A stretch of DNA of 64,000 nucleotides from a phage, in sequence record PZ583742.1. One strand, 5' to 3'. Shown here piece after piece: positions 63,360 through 64,000 of this stretch (positions are counted from its first letter, which is position 1; each line of letters begins with the position of its first letter). The notes beneath the pieces are model-generated. The model saw nothing but the letters and a program-made list of their open reading frames with translations. It did not search any database and was not told the DNA's origin. Both the position numbers and the translations under genes were made by a program.

Positions 63360-64000
63360 ATGAACTTAAAACAATTTATTGAAGAAAATCTTTTAACTAA
63401 GAACCCGAATCGTCTTAACGGTAATTTGTTCAAAAATGATTTAGAATTTGCCAAGAAATTCTGGGAAAAATATCCAGAAGAAGCAAATGTCTTTAGAACA
63501 GAAGCACTGCATTGTCAAGGAGGTAAAAGAGACCAACATCCGTACAATGAGGTCTGCTACCGTATTTTACATGATATAAAAGGAAAAGTCTTATGTAAGT
63601 GTGGTAAACCTGTTAACTATCATACATTTGCTACTGGCTACCATGAATTTTGTTCCGTTAAATGTCAGGGTGGTGGTATATTTGAAGAAGAGCGTATTTG
63701 TCCTGTTTGCGATACTAAGTATATGGCTACGAATAGGACTCAAAAATATTGTTCAGATTCCTGTGGTAAAGAAGCAAGAGATACTCAATCACTGGACTTG
63801 CCATATAGTCATTCCATAAAGATGAAAAAGCGCGACGTTTTGAAGTTAATTGAGGATACTCCGTATTGTGAAATTTGTAAAATAAAACTAACAAACAATT
63901 CGACTTCTTTATCAAAAAGCACTTGGTTCAATGTAGACCATTGCCACTCGACTGGTAAAGTCCGAGGTATTTTATGTTCAAAATGCAACATAGGCCTAGG
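63360..64000 (+). CDS. zinc-ribbon / endonuclease VII-like His-Me finger protein, 3'-truncated at window edge
   Basis: Frame is open from ATG 63360 to the window end (not in ORF track because no stop); several CxxC pairs; C-terminal VDHCHSTGKVRGILCSKCN parallels the gp49 HLDHDHELNGPKAGKVRGLLCNLCN motif. Confidence 0.55.
   Translation, partial: MNLKQFIEENLLTKNPNRLNGNLFKNDLEFAKKFWEKYPEEANVFRTEALHCQGGKRDQHPYNEVCYRILHDIKGKVLCKCGKPVNYHTFATGYHEFCSVKCQGGGIFEEERICPVCDTKYMATNRTQKYCSDSCGKEARDTQSLDLPYSHSIKMKKRDVLKLIEDTPYCEICKIKLTNNSTSLSKSTWFNVDHCHSTGKVRGILCSKCNIGL

Overview
This window is a segment of a T4-like (Tevenvirinae-type) myovirus genome covering the early/middle replication, recombination and nucleotide-metabolism region. 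Almost all genes are on the + strand, tightly packed, often with overlapping stop/start codons. Identifications are from recall of T4 protein sequences and motifs, not from a database search. Recognisable T4 orthologues, in order: nudE, e (lysozyme), an internal protein, denV, regB, vs.1-like transglycosylase, a macro-domain protein, tk, rI, nrdC, 49, nrdD, nrdG, 55, 47, 46, rpbA, 45, 44, 62, regA, 43, imm-like, uvsX, 40, 41, 61, 56, soc, ModA/ModB-like, dda and dexA. The order is collinear with T4 but punctuated by lineage-specific insertions. Main points of interest: (1) gene 42 and both glucosyltransferases are absent from their canonical T4 positions, and the 42/beta-gt slot holds an envelope-protein module instead; (2) a minus-strand collagen-like gene sits inside the early region; (3) a membrane protein is translationally coupled to a Pol-beta-type nucleotidyltransferase; (4) three small genes carry T4-type capsid-targeting N-termini, one with an exact late promoter; (5) free-standing GIY-YIG-like and HNH homing-endonuclease genes; (6) paralogue arrays and recombination scars marked by repeated promoter/RBS cassettes. 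No tRNA, rRNA, CRISPR array or integrase was found. Among the six-frame ORFs, only three minus-strand ORFs are accepted as genes.
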